A stretch of DNA of 48,025 nt from contig NC_068984.1 of the NCBI RefSeq assembly GCF_001194135.2, positions 10,463,948-10,511,972 on the forward strand. The letters run 5' to 3'. Origin of the DNA: Octopus bimaculoides. Taxonomy: Eukaryota. Below are positions 11,288-23,599 of this stretch, piece after piece; within the stretch, counting starts at the first letter, position 1; every line of letters starts with the position of its first letter. The notes under the pieces were generated by a model that was given only the letters and a program-made list of their open reading frames with translations, ran no database searches and was not told the origin of the DNA. Position numbers and translations under genes: made by a program.

Positions 11288-12756
11288 CACTGAACCGCCA
11301 AAGAAACGCGAGACGTGTGCGACTGTGAAATATGTTCTAACTTCATTATGTCGGAGACAAATTTTGATAAATCTGATAAAGTCAATTTCTTGGATACACT
11401 TTGACCACAGTCTATGGGTCGTTGTCATGCGTTCCAGCAGTGGGTGGATCCAGCATATCGAGATTGTAGGACGTGACGTGTTCAAAACCGTGTTTACCCT
11501 CCTTGAGTGTTCAAAACGTATATGCCCACCCTGGGTGTTCACAAAAGCCATTGGCATCTGTTTCCACACCCTGAAGAAAGCTGCCTCCAGTTCCACACGA
11601 GTTAGTTCAGCCGTCTCTGGATTTCATCACACAAGTGTTCAATTGGGTTCAAACCCGGGCTGAGAGCCGGCCACAGCATGGTTCTGATGTCGTGCTGACG
11701 CAGGAAGTCCATGGTGACCTAGGCTGTGTGGGAGGGAGCATTGTCCTGCTGGAACACGTGGCTATGGTGACGCGCGAAGAAGGGCACGATGTGAGGTCTT
11801 AGCATCTGGTCAACGCAGCGCTACGCCGTGATGCCATTCCCTCTGCCTGCACCAACATTTTGGAACACAAGGGGCCCGATCCTCTGATTCAGGCCTATAG
11901 CACCCCAAACTGTGATACTTTGGCCAACCCACGCGTCTCTCTCTATGACGCATGCGTCGCTGTGGTGTTCACACCTCCTACGTCACACCTTCACTCTGCC
12001 ATCCGAGGTGAAACGCAGTACCGGCTCTCGTCACAGAAGACTATCGACCTCCATTGTTGATGCCGCCAATATCGGTGCTGTGTAACCCACTGTAATCGTG
12101 CCTGACGGTGGTGGGTTGTGAGGGCAGGCCCTCGGTTAAGACGACGGCAGCGCAGGTTATCGTCGCTCATGGGTTGCTGTCCAGTGTCAATGGTTTCGCG
12201 AGCTGGCTGGTCGGAAGCGATCACGGAGGTGTTGCAGGTGGATGAAGCGGTCCTGCCTGGACATGGTCACTCGGGAATGCCCTCTGTGGGCACGGTCTAC
12301 ACTGCTGTCGGTGTTGTTGTATCGCTGTTGCAGGCGATTGGTGGTGCTGACATGGACATTGTAAACTTTTGCAACCACCAGGGCACGCTGCCCTGCTTGC
12401 AATCGGCCGATAGCTTGTTTTCTCTGCGGTGCTGACAATCGGGTCATACCTGATGCATCGAATTTACGAATGCCAGGAACGCGGTTCGAGTTGATTTTGA
12501 CACCCATAACCTCTACGAGATGCACGTGCATATCGCACGTATCAGATTTCATAGCAATTGTTTGTGACTGCCACCCACAGCATTCAGTGCAGCTGCATTT
12601 TGGCATCTCATTTCAGGGAAAGTTGAAAGGTTACCCGCAATTTTGCTCTCAGCCATAAACCAGCATATTTACACTTATATCCCCGAAATAAATTTTCAGA
12701 ATTTACCATAAAGAAAGGACATTTGAAAAAAATTGCGTTTCGTTTTCGATTCAGTG
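11288..12756 (-). mobile_element. Tc1-family DNA transposon, near full length (about 1.47 kb), decayed
   Basis: Imperfect TIRs cactgaaccgccaaagaaacgc (11288) and gcgtttcgttttcgattcagtg (ending 12756, followed by TA; the left flank reads AA). Confidence 0.8.
11510..12447 (-). pseudogene. Tc1-type transposase, frameshifted
   Basis: MTRLSAPQRKQAIGRLQAG (HTH), IVFCDESRY, VFQQDNAPSHTA, WPALSPGLNPIEH, GGHIRF. Confidence 0.88.
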
Positions 12757-12781
12757 TATGTGTGTTGTGTATGTGTTTGTA

Positions 12782-12817
<36 letters not shown>

Positions 12818-12917
12818 NNNNNNNNNNNNNNNNNNNNNNNNNNNNNNNNNNNNNNNNNNNNNNNNNNNNNNNNNNNNNNNNNNNNNNNNNNNNNNNNNNN
12901 NNNNNNNNNNNNNNNNN

Positions 12918-12954
<37 letters not shown>

Positions 12955-13018
12955 TTACCTGTCCTGTGTATCACATATGACACACAGGACATATTTCTCT
13001 GGCATCCATGCACCATGC

Positions 13019-13597
13019 ACGAGCTTTGATCAATAAATATCCGGACTGTTGCCCGCTTGGCACGGATTGACCTTGACCTCTGTTGTGCACGTGCACTAAC
13101 TTTTAACATTCTAGCTCACTTCCTCTGTTTACAGCAGTGCTTCGGAGTAACGTGTGTATCACGTGTGATCGTCGCATTGATCAAGACAGAAAAAGTTGTC
13201 ATAGTGATACCTGTTCAGAGGCCTACGCAAGGTTGTAGAAAGTGTATGGGGAGGAGTGTTTGAGCCGCACACAAGTGAACGAGTGGTTCAGATGTTTCCA
13301 AGATGACTGAAAAAAATCGAAAGTGACGAGCGTTCTGGGAGACCTGCAACCAGCAGAACTGAGAAAAACATCACAGATGTGAGTGTAGCTGTGAGGGGAA
13401 ATCATCAAATAACCATCCATGAGTTATCAGAGGAAGTGCAGATTAGTTACGGTTCAGTTCAGTCCATTATCACTGAAGATTTGGTTATGAGAAACGAGTC
13501 TGCCAAGTTTGTGCCAAAACTGCTTTCAGCTGACCAAAAAGACACTCGGGTTTCAGTTGCACAAAATCTCCTTGACTGTGTCGAGAATTATGAAAAC
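13019..13597 (+). mobile_element. Mariner-family transposon, 5' end and HTH part of the transposase
   Basis: VYGEECLSRTQVNEWFRCF, DERSGRPATSRT, ITIHELSEEVQISYGSVQSII, KFVPKLLS (WVPHEL-like); terminal-like caataaatatccggact near 13031. Confidence 0.85.
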
Positions 13598-13703
13598 GAC
13601 GACAGTGAGACGAGAACAGTGGCAGCAAACAGAGCTGAACTGGTTGGAGAGATCGTGTTGCGGCCTTATGTGCCTCGTGGCACGGGGAGAATTAACTAAC
13701 AAA
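13598..13703 (+). mobile_element. Extreme 3' end of an RTE-type LINE
   Basis: AANRAE followed, after a frameshift, by WRDRVAALCASWHGEN* and a taactaac tail. Confidence 0.5.
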
Positions 13704-13717
13704 TACTGTTGGAAAAT

Positions 13718-14164
13718 ATAGGCGAGCTGGCCGAGTCGTCAGCACGCTGGGCGAAATTCTTAGCGGTATTTCGTCTGCCTTTACGTTCTGAGTTCAAGTT
13801 TCACTGTGGTCGACTTTGCTTTTCATCCTTTCGGAGTCGATTAAATAAGTACCAGTTACGCACTGGGGCCGATGTGATCGACTTAATCCCTTTGTCTGTC
13901 CTTGTTTGTCCCTTCTATGTTTAGCCCCTTGTGGGCAATAAAGAAATAACAAATGTTAGCACGCTGGGCGAAATGTTTAGCGGTATTTCGTCTGTCGTTA
14001 CGTTCTGAGTTCAAATTTCACTGTGGTCGACTTTGCTTTTCATCCTTTCGGAGTCGATTCAATAAGTACCAGTTACGCACTCGGGTCAATGTAATCAACT
14101 TAATCCCTTTGTCTGTCCTTATTTGTCCCCTCTATGTTTAGCCCCTTGTGGGCCATAAAGAAAT
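13718..14164 (+). mobile_element. SINE family B subfamily, tandem dimer with a 17-bp target-site duplication
   Basis: Two near-identical units share private changes; flanked by aaatactgttggaaaat (13701-13717) and aaatattgttggaaaat (14165-14181). Confidence 0.88.
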
Positions 14165-14740
14165 AAATATTGTTGGAAAATGTTTTCGACCTGGTATACT
14201 ACTGTTAAGTGGTTAAATTTAGTGAAGGTGGCGAGCGGTGGGGTGGTTGTTTTCCGCCCGCCATATTTAAAACACTAAAATTCGTATGACAACTTTTAGA
14301 CGTCATCAAAAAATTTCATAGCCTTGTCTCTGAAATATAGGAAATAATATTGCTATAATGTAGAAACTTCAGTGAGAGCGATCGATTAATGCTATTCATC
14401 ACTTGCGTTGCTAGACTAACATATTTAATTGGTTTGGCATGAATTGTCTAAGACTAGTATAGATATTAATTCGTTGTCTCTAGTATTGTCTCCACACCGC
14501 TCCCTCTCCTCTATATTACGTGTAGACATCTGTAAATGGTTCATTTGATTTATTCACTGAAATGAAAAGATGGTTTGGTAGAGCCTGGGAATCTGTATAA
14601 TTTAATTAAGACAAAAAATATGTTAAACACGGCTAAAAACAAGATGACTACGGATTCCCTTAAATAGAATAGGCCAACCGTTTATATGAAACTCTTGCTA
14701 ATTAAAAACAACCTCTGTGTCCCAGCTGTCCAATAGCGAA

Positions 14741-14990
14741 GACGCGTCGCCTAGTGGTGAGAGTGCTGCCCTCACGATCGCAAGATCACGGTTCCGATTC
14801 TCGGACCTAGCGGTGCGTTGTGTTGGTGAACAAAATACTTCATTACGCGTTGCTCTGGTCTTTTCAACAGTAAATGGGTAACCCTGCGACGGACTAGTCT
14901 TCCGAATTGAGGGAATGTTGCGATTTCTGCCACTTACATGTCATGGAAATTGAGTGACTGGCCCTGTGAGCCCTAGGGCTCGATACAGTA
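14741..14990 (+). mobile_element. SINE family D (tRNA-derived)
   Basis: gcctagtggtgagagtgctg...ggttccgattctcgg head, similar to the copies at 28587, 33186 and 42489. Confidence 0.7.
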
Positions 14991-15123
14991 ATATTCAGGG
15001 AATGATGATGATGAAATGTAGATTAAATACTGCTGAAAACAAGATGACTGATTCTGGATCCCCCTTGATGGACTAGGCCGATCGTTTATATGGAACATTT
15101 GCTAACTATAAACAAGCTTTTAT

Positions 15124-15286
15124 AGGCACAGGAGTGGCTGTGTGGTAAGTAGCTTGCTTACCAACCACATGCTTCCAGGTTCAGTCCCACTGCGTGGCAC
15201 CTTGGGCAAGTGTCTTCTACTATAGCCTCGGGCCGACCAAAGCCTTGTGAGTGGATTTGGTAGACGGAAACTGAAAGAAGCCCGTC

Positions 15287-15332
<46 letters not shown>

Positions 15333-15527
15333 NNNNNNNNNNNNNNCACCATCGCTTGACAACCGATGCTGGTGTGTTTACATCCCCGTAACTTAGCGGT
15401 TCGGCAAAAAGAGACCGATAGAATAAATACTAGGCTTACAAAGAATAAGTCCTGGGGTCGATTTTCTCGACTAAAGGCGGTGCTCCAGCATGGCCGCAGT
15501 CAAATGACTGAAACAAGTAAAAGAGTA
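15124..15527 (+). mobile_element. SINE family A, full length
   Basis: Gap falls in the internal (TA)n. Confidence 0.92.
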
Positions 15528-15630
15528 TAAGTCGTGGATACGTTGATGTGTTAAGCTTTGTACACACAGATCAGATGCACAACACCGTATTGACTTAGCT
15601 CTCCCTTTTTTAAGTTAACCGGAAATAGAT

Positions 15631-15811
15631 ATAATGGTTTCAAATTTTGTCACAAGGCCCCAGTGTTTCACTGGTACTTATTTTATCGACCCGCAGAAGG
15701 ATAAAAAGCAAAGTCGACCTCGGGGGAATTTGTACTCAGTTTATAAAGACGGACGAAATGCCGTTAAGCTGTCTTGCCCGGCGACTAACAATTCTGCTCG
15801 CTCGCCGTCTT
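15631..15811 (-). mobile_element. SINE family B
   Basis: Reverse complement of the core. Confidence 0.8.
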
Positions 15812-15836
15812 ACAAAATAGATATTTTGATATATCC

Positions 15837-16055
15837 TTTCTACTATAGGAACAAGGCCTGAAATTTGTGGGGAGAGGACTAGTCGATTACATCGAATCAG
15901 TCATCTTGTTTTCACTGGTACTTAATTTATTGACCCGCAGAAGGATAAAAGGTAAAGTCGACCTCGGCGGAATTTTAACTCAGAACGTAGCGCCTGACGA
16001 AGTACTGCCAAGCATTTCGTCCGGCGAGCTAACGTTTCTGCCAGTTCGCCGCCTT
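15837..16055 (-). mobile_element. SINE family B
   Basis: Reverse complement of the core, including the head. Confidence 0.85.
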
Positions 16056-16144
16056 ACATAAACTGATATATCAAGAATAGCATAGAATTATTTAAGCACA
16101 ATATTAAAATTTGACAGCTTTTTCGTTGATATGATTTGTAGTTT

Positions 16145-16357
16145 AGGGTGACGAGCCGGCAGAATCATTAACGAGCCGAACAAAATAATTAGCGGCGTTT
16201 TGTCCGTCTTTACGTTCTCAGTTCAAATTCCGAGGTCGAAATTGCGTTTCATCAAATCGAAGTCGATAAAATAAGGACCAGTCGAATACTGGGGACAATG
16301 TAATCGACTTGCCCACTTCCCCGAAATTACTGGTCTTGTGCCAAAATGTGAAATCAA
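16145..16357 (+). mobile_element. SINE family B
   Basis: Head and core; inverted relative to the 15837 copy. Confidence 0.85.
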
Positions 16358-16940
16358 CATAACAAGTGGTGAGAGAGAAAAGGAGAGAGAAAGAGAGAGA
16401 CAGAGAGAGACACACAGAGAGAGGGTCAGACAGGCAGGCAGGCAAACTATCTTACTAGCAATGATTTCAAAGCATTTTTTTTTGTTACAAACACTGAACG
16501 GACAATGTGTGGGCGTGAGAAAGTCGTTCCGTTGATCTCAGGTAGATGTAAAGAATTTTCTCCCAATATCTCAAAGAACAGATGCTGTTGAAACATAGAT
16601 TATCCTAACTTATTCTATCTTTTCTGATCATGATATATCAGTTAAATTCTTTTCGAAATCACGATTTACAATCAAAGATACCGCTTCTTAAATTCCTTTG
16701 ATCTCAAGACCAAATTCACTGCTTGATATCCTTTTAAGTCGTTGCCTCAAACCATAAGTTGTCCATTTGTTTACAACAATCGATGTTCTTCGGAATTAAC
16801 ACTTAACAGGCACTTTCTCTTCAAACGCAGATTTTCTTACTGGAAACTGGGTGTTTTTTTGTTTTTAAAAATTTTTTTTTTTCTTATTCTCGATCCAGGC
16901 GAATCTTCGCTTCTCACTTACCTTTCTTTCCTAAACTCAC

Positions 16941-17049
16941 CTACGCAATATTTTAAAATAAACTCGACTCCCTTTGGAGAATTTCCTCAATTTGTTTGGC
17001 AACTCTATGTCAGCAGCCAGGTCATAGTTGTGGGCCGAAAATGTTGATG
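16941..17049 (-). CDS. Possible internal coding exon of an unidentified gene
   Basis: Polypyrimidine-AG acceptor, strong donor TAG|GTGAGT, only one open frame (ASTFSAHNYDLAADIELPNKLRKFSKGSRVYFKILR); no family recognised. Confidence 0.25.
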
Positions 17050-17551
17050 CTTGATAAAAATAAATCAAAGTTAATTTAATAGTGTATGTGTGTTTGTTTG
17101 TTGGTGCCGAAGTGGCTCTTTCGCGATGTAATACCTTTAACAAATAGTCTCAGATCAAAATTACAATCAAAACTTCGATATATATATCGTCCTTTACAGG
17201 ACTGTCACGTTCTGTTGGCGTATAAACATATATATATATATATATANNNNNNNNNNNNNNNNNNNNNNNNNNNNNNNNNNNNNNNNNNNNNNNNNNNNNN
17301 NNNNNNNNNNNNNNNNNNNNNNNNNNNNNNNNNNNNNNNNNNNNNNNNNNNNNNNNNNNNNNNNNNNNNNNNNNNNNNNNNNNNNNNNNNNNNNNNNNNN
17401 NNNNNNNNNNNNNNNNNNNNNNNNNNNNNNNNNNNNNNNNNNNNNNNNNNNNNNNNNNNNNNNNNNNNNNNNNNNNNNNNNNNNNNNNNNNNNNNNNNNN
17501 NNNNNNNNNNNNNNNNNNNNNNNNNNNNNNNNNNNNNNNNNNNNNNNNNNN

Positions 17552-17708
17552 TTTACCCCTCTGTGATTTAGCAGTTCAGCTCGGGCAGTCCAACAGAATA
17601 AAGATCAGGCTTAAAAACAAGTACCGGGGCCGTTTTGTTCGACTTAACCAATGAAGGCATGGCCACGGTACGGCTGTAGTCCAAAGTCTGAAATCAGTAA
17701 CAGAATAA
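17552..17708 (+). mobile_element. SINE family A, 3' half, old
   Basis: Diverged match to the family A 3' half after an N gap. Confidence 0.6.
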
Positions 17709-17725
17709 TATGTTTTTCCTCTGTA

Positions 17726-17851
17726 CAGGGTGTCCACAAAGTCTGGGTATATGGAGTAAATAAAATCATAACATAAACAATTAAATATAAGAAATAATAA
17801 TTTCTTAAAGTATGTGTTAATCCCGTGTACCCAGACTTTGTGGACACCCTG
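17726..17851. mobile_element. 126-bp Tc1/mariner-type MITE
   Basis: Perfect 24-bp TIRs CAGGGTGTCCACAAAGTCTGGGTA with TA on both flanks. Confidence 0.92.
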
Positions 17852-18114
17852 TACATAACAATTTCCAATTTATACACATTTATGATATCTACGTAAACGT
17901 GAAACGGCGCTAACTGTGACATTTTGTCTCAGAAAAATACGTCGTGAGGACTTGAGTTTTATAACTATCTTTGAGAATTTTCTCTCAGACAAAATGTTAG
18001 ACAGTGCCGTTCTACATTTGTATACACAATAAGAATGTTATACACACCAACATTTTAATTTAGGTTGTTTCAGATGTCTATATTAATTCCTGTTCTATGT
18101 TTTATATACATGGC

Positions 18115-18315
18115 GCTGGCGACCTGGCAAAATCGTTTGTGCGTCAGGCAAAATACTTACCGGCATTACTTCCGGTCCTTTGCGTTCTGAATTTAAATTC
18201 TCCGAGGTCAATTTTGCCTTTCGTGTTTTCGAAGCCCATAGAATTAAGTACCAGTCAAATATTGGGGTCGATATAATCGACTTGTCGCCTTCTCTTAAAA
18301 CTGCTGGCCTTCAAC
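18115..18315 (+). mobile_element. SINE family B, diverged
   Basis: Head and core recognisable. Confidence 0.75.
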
Positions 18316-18409
18316 TCCGCAACAAATTGACATTCAGAGGGAATGTAGCGATATCGGTTAGGAGTCCTAAGGCTGGAAGAAAATTAAAAAATATTGTAGT
18401 GACGCCTAA

Positions 18410-18620
18410 TACCAGTCGCCATTTTGGAGAGTTTATTCACGCATGCGCAGGGACTAGTCTTCCGGAAGGAATGCAGGAAGTCCTTCATGTACATGCGTAG
18501 TCATCCAATATCCAAGCGTTCCCGCGTTTCTCTATTTCTTTTGCTGGCTGGACTTCCTGGAAGCTAGACGTCACAATAGCAGCTCTCCGTCAACACTAAA
18601 TTGGATCCACATAAATAACC
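18410..18620. promoter_or_regulatory. Candidate housekeeping-type (possibly bidirectional) promoter
   Basis: Non-repeat, CpG-richer island with YY1-like CGCCATTTT (18417), NRF1-like CGCATGCGCA (18440), ETS-like CCGGAAG, CAGGAAGT and ACTTCCTG, CCAAT (18505) and CRE-like GACGTCA (18567). Confidence 0.45.
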
Positions 18621-20539
18621 AGAGAGGAGAACAATGACTTCCAACCACGCGACTTCAAGACGACGTCTCATCTAAGTAAAGGGTGACATGCTACCGAATC
18701 CCCTCCTCGTGTGAGCCGGATTTCTGCCGTAATAAAATATTTGTTGTGCTGTTTAGTTTAGAGTCTGCATTCCGTTTTCTTCCTTATGAAATTTAATGTA
18801 CGGAATTGGAATACACAGGATGGTGTATGTCCACATCTCCTACAATATGTATTGTATATCCTACTTTAAATATATTAGCACAAGCTTAACTACTTAGGAT
18901 AAAGTGGACTCAATTCATGAATGATAGAAAAGTAACTCTTACTTACAGTGCAATCCCTGTGACAGAATATGAACTCACGACAATTTGACTTGCTATCTGG
19001 CAGACGACTGAATCTGCAGAACGTAGTATATCTACATACCTTCCTACAATACATGAATGCAAATTTATCATATGCTTTGCTTCAAATCAATTCATTTTTA
19101 CGATAGAATAAATCTAAAATAAATAATACATACAGAATTGAAGAGTTATGTCTGTTTCTATGTCACATCATGGACTAACAGTTAATAATATACAGATCTA
19201 ACTTCTTCGAAATATATTTACGTAGACATTTCGATTCAAACAAACTATTATTTATTACTTATGATAGAAAGTATTTTGTCTTTTGTTAACTTAGAATCTT
19301 GAGAAATATTCTCTGTTTATTTTCAGTAAAAAAATAAGATATTATTTTATATCTTATTTTTAACCGATTAAAAAGATATATAAACAAAACATTATTCCAT
19401 ATTTGTTTCATTTTGTGCGGTAATGCTAAGGAAGTGATTATTTTCCCAGAAAATGTCAATAGTTAACCACTTACACGAATTTGTTGTTTTATTAATATTA
19501 TTGCTCTTGTTGTGATTTTTGCAGGTTATTTTCTTTTTTCGAGAATTTCAATATGGAGAACTTTCTGGAAATTCTCCATGTTGACATGAAGCCAGAGTAA
19601 TTACATTTCTATACAAAGAAAGTCAGTTGGCATTTATACTTCGCTGCTTTGTATTTAGAAGAAATGGTTTGCCCTCCAGGGAAAACTGTGCCAAAACTCT
19701 AAAAACAGAGCATGATTTAAAAGATAAAACAATGATAATAAACGATAATATCTGAAGCCAGCGTTACTTATTTTTTCTTTCATTGTTTCCATAAACATTA
19801 TCATCAATAGTTTCGTATCTATTTTTCCATGCTCAAAACTGTTGCTTGATATATAAAGCAAGCCAGCCCTGGGGTTTCTAGCACTTCTGGCAAGTCAAGT
19901 TTAGATTTTCTATAACTGAAAGCAATTTTATGTTTATCTCTCAGACAGTCATCCACAATATATTGCATGTTGCAAGAAAGAAATATTCACTCGCTGATTC
20001 TCACATTTTCCCCGCTTTTCGGCCTGTATTCTTACCATTTTCGTTGTATTTTAAAGATACCTGATTTGTTGTTCTGGAAAACTGCCTGAATTATTTGTTC
20101 CTTTGTTTACTGATCCTGTGTGATTACAATTCTTTTTATGCTTGGTCATATCCTCGTAAAGATTCCGCCTAAGTTATTTTTATATTCTTGTAGCATTGTT
20201 TGGTTCTACACAACGCTGCTTAGCATTGAACATATTACAACACTTAACAGCTTTAATATAGGACCATACAAGAGGAAAGTGTAGATGCATAGACAGGGTC
20301 ATTCAACCTGTTAGAAATAGCAATCAAATCTCCCTCAAATTACGTTGAAACAAAAATGCCACATTAGACAATACAGTTCAGAATATTACATGTGAAGAAA
20401 AAGAAAAACGGAAAAGAAAATATACTGACCTAGGTCTCAACAACAAAAATCAATGGGTTATTTTACATGTTTCAGGTGTGTGACATGTTTCAAACTAAGA
20501 CCGATTCATTATCTCAGCAATGTGACCCGTAGCAATATT

Positions 20540-21060
20540 AGCTGCGAGTCCAAAGTCTTAACAAATTTGAACATGTCGGTGCAGTTATGAACTCACCGGA
20601 CAAGAGAGTTTTGGCGCCACCGATATCTGAGTTAGAGGACAAAGGGTCGGGTTTCAGGCTTCTGGTCTTCTTGTCTTGCTCTATAGTTACGAGACTTGGA
20701 CACTGTCCGAGGCCCTTTAGTACCAAGACGCTTCGCAGGATTATGGGTTACCATTGGTTGGGTTTAATATGCAACCAGTGACTATACTCAGAGACTTCAA
20801 TGCGTCCGGTTACTTGTGTGATTCGAGAGCGTCAGCTCGGACTGTTTTGGTCATATTCTCCGAATTGAATCCTGCGTGTCGTGTTCTCTTCTCTGAGGAT
20901 CCGGCTGAGGGTGACGGCTTGTGTTGGTCAACCACATGCCACATGGTCCCAGCAGGTCACTGTTCAGAGGGCTGCCCAAGACGACCCGAGCAAGTACCAA
21001 CAAATGGTGGATGTAGCGATGCGTAAGCAACGACGCATGCCCCATATCCGACCGGACCAG
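20540..21060 (+). mobile_element. RTE-clade LINE, C-terminal part of ORF2, decayed
   Basis: LLYSYETWTLSEA, TKTLRRIMGYHW, SETSMRPVTCVIRERQLGLF, RVLFSEDP across frameshifts. Confidence 0.8.
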
Positions 21061-21080
21061 AAATTAAGTAAAACAGATTA

Positions 21081-21131
<51 letters not shown>

Positions 21132-21540
21132 CAGCTGCTGTTTGATATCAGGTAATCTCTAATCGACCAATGAGTAAAAGACATTCCAGCCACGACCATT
21201 TCGTCTTTGTTTTTTTCGAGCATAGTATATCTAAAATTACATCCATCCAATGTGAAGTCCGTTAAACCTTTCCACCCTGTCTGACTTTCCCATCAACTTC
21301 TTAAACATCTTCCTTTCCATTTGGCACCTAGCATTTTCTCACCTCCTCCTTTAACAAACACATCCACCCTCATCCCCTCCCATCCGACGCACACCATGTC
21401 CGCTCACCCTTTCTTACATCTCCTCCATTTCCACCGCCTCTGTGGATGAGATTAACTCTAATGCCAGCTCACACCAAATCATTTACTTCCTTCCTGTCAG
21501 GGATTATCCCCAATCGTCCAACGAAAATATCGCTACCGAA

Positions 21541-21730
21541 GCGCAGGCGTGGCTTGACAACCGATGCTGGTGTATATATGTCCTCGTAACCGAGCGGTTC
21601 GGCAAAAGAGACCGATAGAGTAAGTACCAGGCTTACAAAGAATAAGCCCTGGTGTCGATTTGTTCGACTAAAAGGCGGTGCTCCAGCATGACCGCGGTCA
21701 AATGCCTGAGACAGGTTAAAGAATAAAAGA
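21541..21730 (+). mobile_element. SINE family A with an internal deletion (head start joined to the 3' half)
   Basis: gcgcaggcgtggct is followed directly by tgacaaccgatgctgg. Confidence 0.8.
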
Positions 21731-22620
21731 AGAAATTATTTTTTTAAATCCTACAGTTTTTTTATAATCAAATATTATTAGAAATTGTATAAAAATATCA
21801 AAAGACTTTGTGTATTGTACAAGTATGAGTATTTTATTGCGCATAAATTTTAACAACAAGATCATAAATGGACCCCTAAGGGACGTATGCCCTCCGGTTA
21901 AGAATTTTAGAATGAAAGCTTCTTTACAGCCCAGAGGTTTTTAAACTGTCTGAAAAAATTACTTTAAAAATCAGTGAATTAAAACCAAAGTAATGTTTGT
22001 TGGTGACATGAATCTAAACAATCATATACTGTTTAAACGATTGTATATATATCATATGTCTCAGTAGCACGACTTTCTATTGTTACGGGTTTTTGTCTGT
22101 TGTGACATTGTAAATGGTGGAAAAATCTTTCAGACAAAGACATTAATTAGCATGAGAAGCAGTACATGAACTTGACTGAAGTCAGTGAAACAAGTAAAAT
22201 GCTTCTTTTCATAGCTTGCACTAAAATTGTTCAGACAATAGCAAAAACACAAGCAGAAGATATAAATGTTGGACATTGCTCTCTTTTATAATGGATAATT
22301 GTAAGAGTGCATATTCTTTCAACTGATAGCGTTTTATGTTTAAAAAAGATTCATTTTGATTGGTCCTGCTTGGAGAAGGTTAAATATTTGTCGGGTTATT
22401 GTCCTGAATCCCGAAAATAAAGCTACAACCATATCCTATCATATTGGAAGAGCTTTTTCGGGGAAACAGGCGTGTCTTAAGGTAATGAGGCTCCAGTCAG
22501 CTGCAATGTTAGGTTCAGTAAAAACGTTGGCCTTAGGGAGTAATGTCGGAAACGGATTGTTCAGTGTTGAGTGTACAACGTAGGTTAGATTGTGAAATGT
22601 TGTTTATGAAAATGGACAAG

Positions 22621-22624
<4 letters not shown>

Positions 22625-22681
<57 letters not shown>

Positions 22682-23061
22682 NNNNNNNNNNNNNNNNNNN
22701 NNNNNNNNNNNNNNNNNNNNNNNNNNNNNNNNNNNNNNNNNNNNNNNNNNNNNNNNNNNNNNNNNNNNNNAGAGAGAGGGGAGAAGGAGAGAGAGGGGAG
22801 AAGGAGAGAGAGGGGAGAAGGAGAGAGAGGGGAGAAGGAGAGAGAGGGGAGAAGGAGAGAGAGGGGAGAAGGAGAGAGAGGGCAGGAGAGAGGGAGAGAG
22901 AAAGAGAGACATAGGAGATAGGGCGAGAGAGAGAAAAAGAGAGAGGAGAGAAAGGGAGACGGAAAGAGAGAGAGAGAGAAGGAGAGACAGACAGACAGAC
23001 AGACAGACGAGGAGGAAATAGGATGAGAAAGAGAGAGAGAGAGTGACAAAAACAGACAGAA

Positions 23062-23096
<35 letters not shown>

Positions 23097-23140
23097 GGAG
23101 ACAGACAGACAGGAGACAGACAGACAGATAGATAGGTCAA
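22625..23140. repeat. (AG)n, 17-bp GA-rich units and (CAGA)n
   Basis: Seen directly. Confidence 0.95.
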
Positions 23141-23599
23141 GCTTCAATCATGAGCCCAATGATCGAAGGTGTGCAAGTTATGGCTAACACTGTTTTATTT
23201 TCAGTTTAGGCAGACACTATCAAACTTAACATTTTCTTTCAAAACTGTAGAGTATGAATTGAGGGAAACACGACAGCTATTTCAAGCGTTTGCTGTTAAA
23301 AAGAATATTGGGACGTCTGTGAAAAACAATCGTCTGCTCCAACAATTTATGCTAATATTCAAATATTTGTACACCTATCCAACCATTCAACGTTGAAAAA
23401 GTGAATGTCAAAAATAATTTTCAATCAGCACAAAAGATATTTGTCCAACCTAAACGTCTCCATTGTTTGAAACAATACAGTTTAACCATTCCGAAAAATT
23501 CTGAGGAATCTAAATTAAAATTTTGAAACACATACAAAAATATCCGTCTGGGTGAGCTTGCACATCGTCATGTGTGCATGTGTGCGCGTGCGAGGGGTG

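Noticed and set aside
19525-19596. Possible exon encoding MENFLEILHVDMKPE, resembling kinase HRDLKPEN
   Set aside because: Similarity is limited to a few residues, the segment is largely a small palindrome (19548-19583), and no other kinase motifs were found.
21245-21500. Minus-strand GHGVRRMG resembling an RTE C-terminal GHVxRM motif
   Set aside because: Only one weak motif in purine-rich sequence; not supportable without a search.
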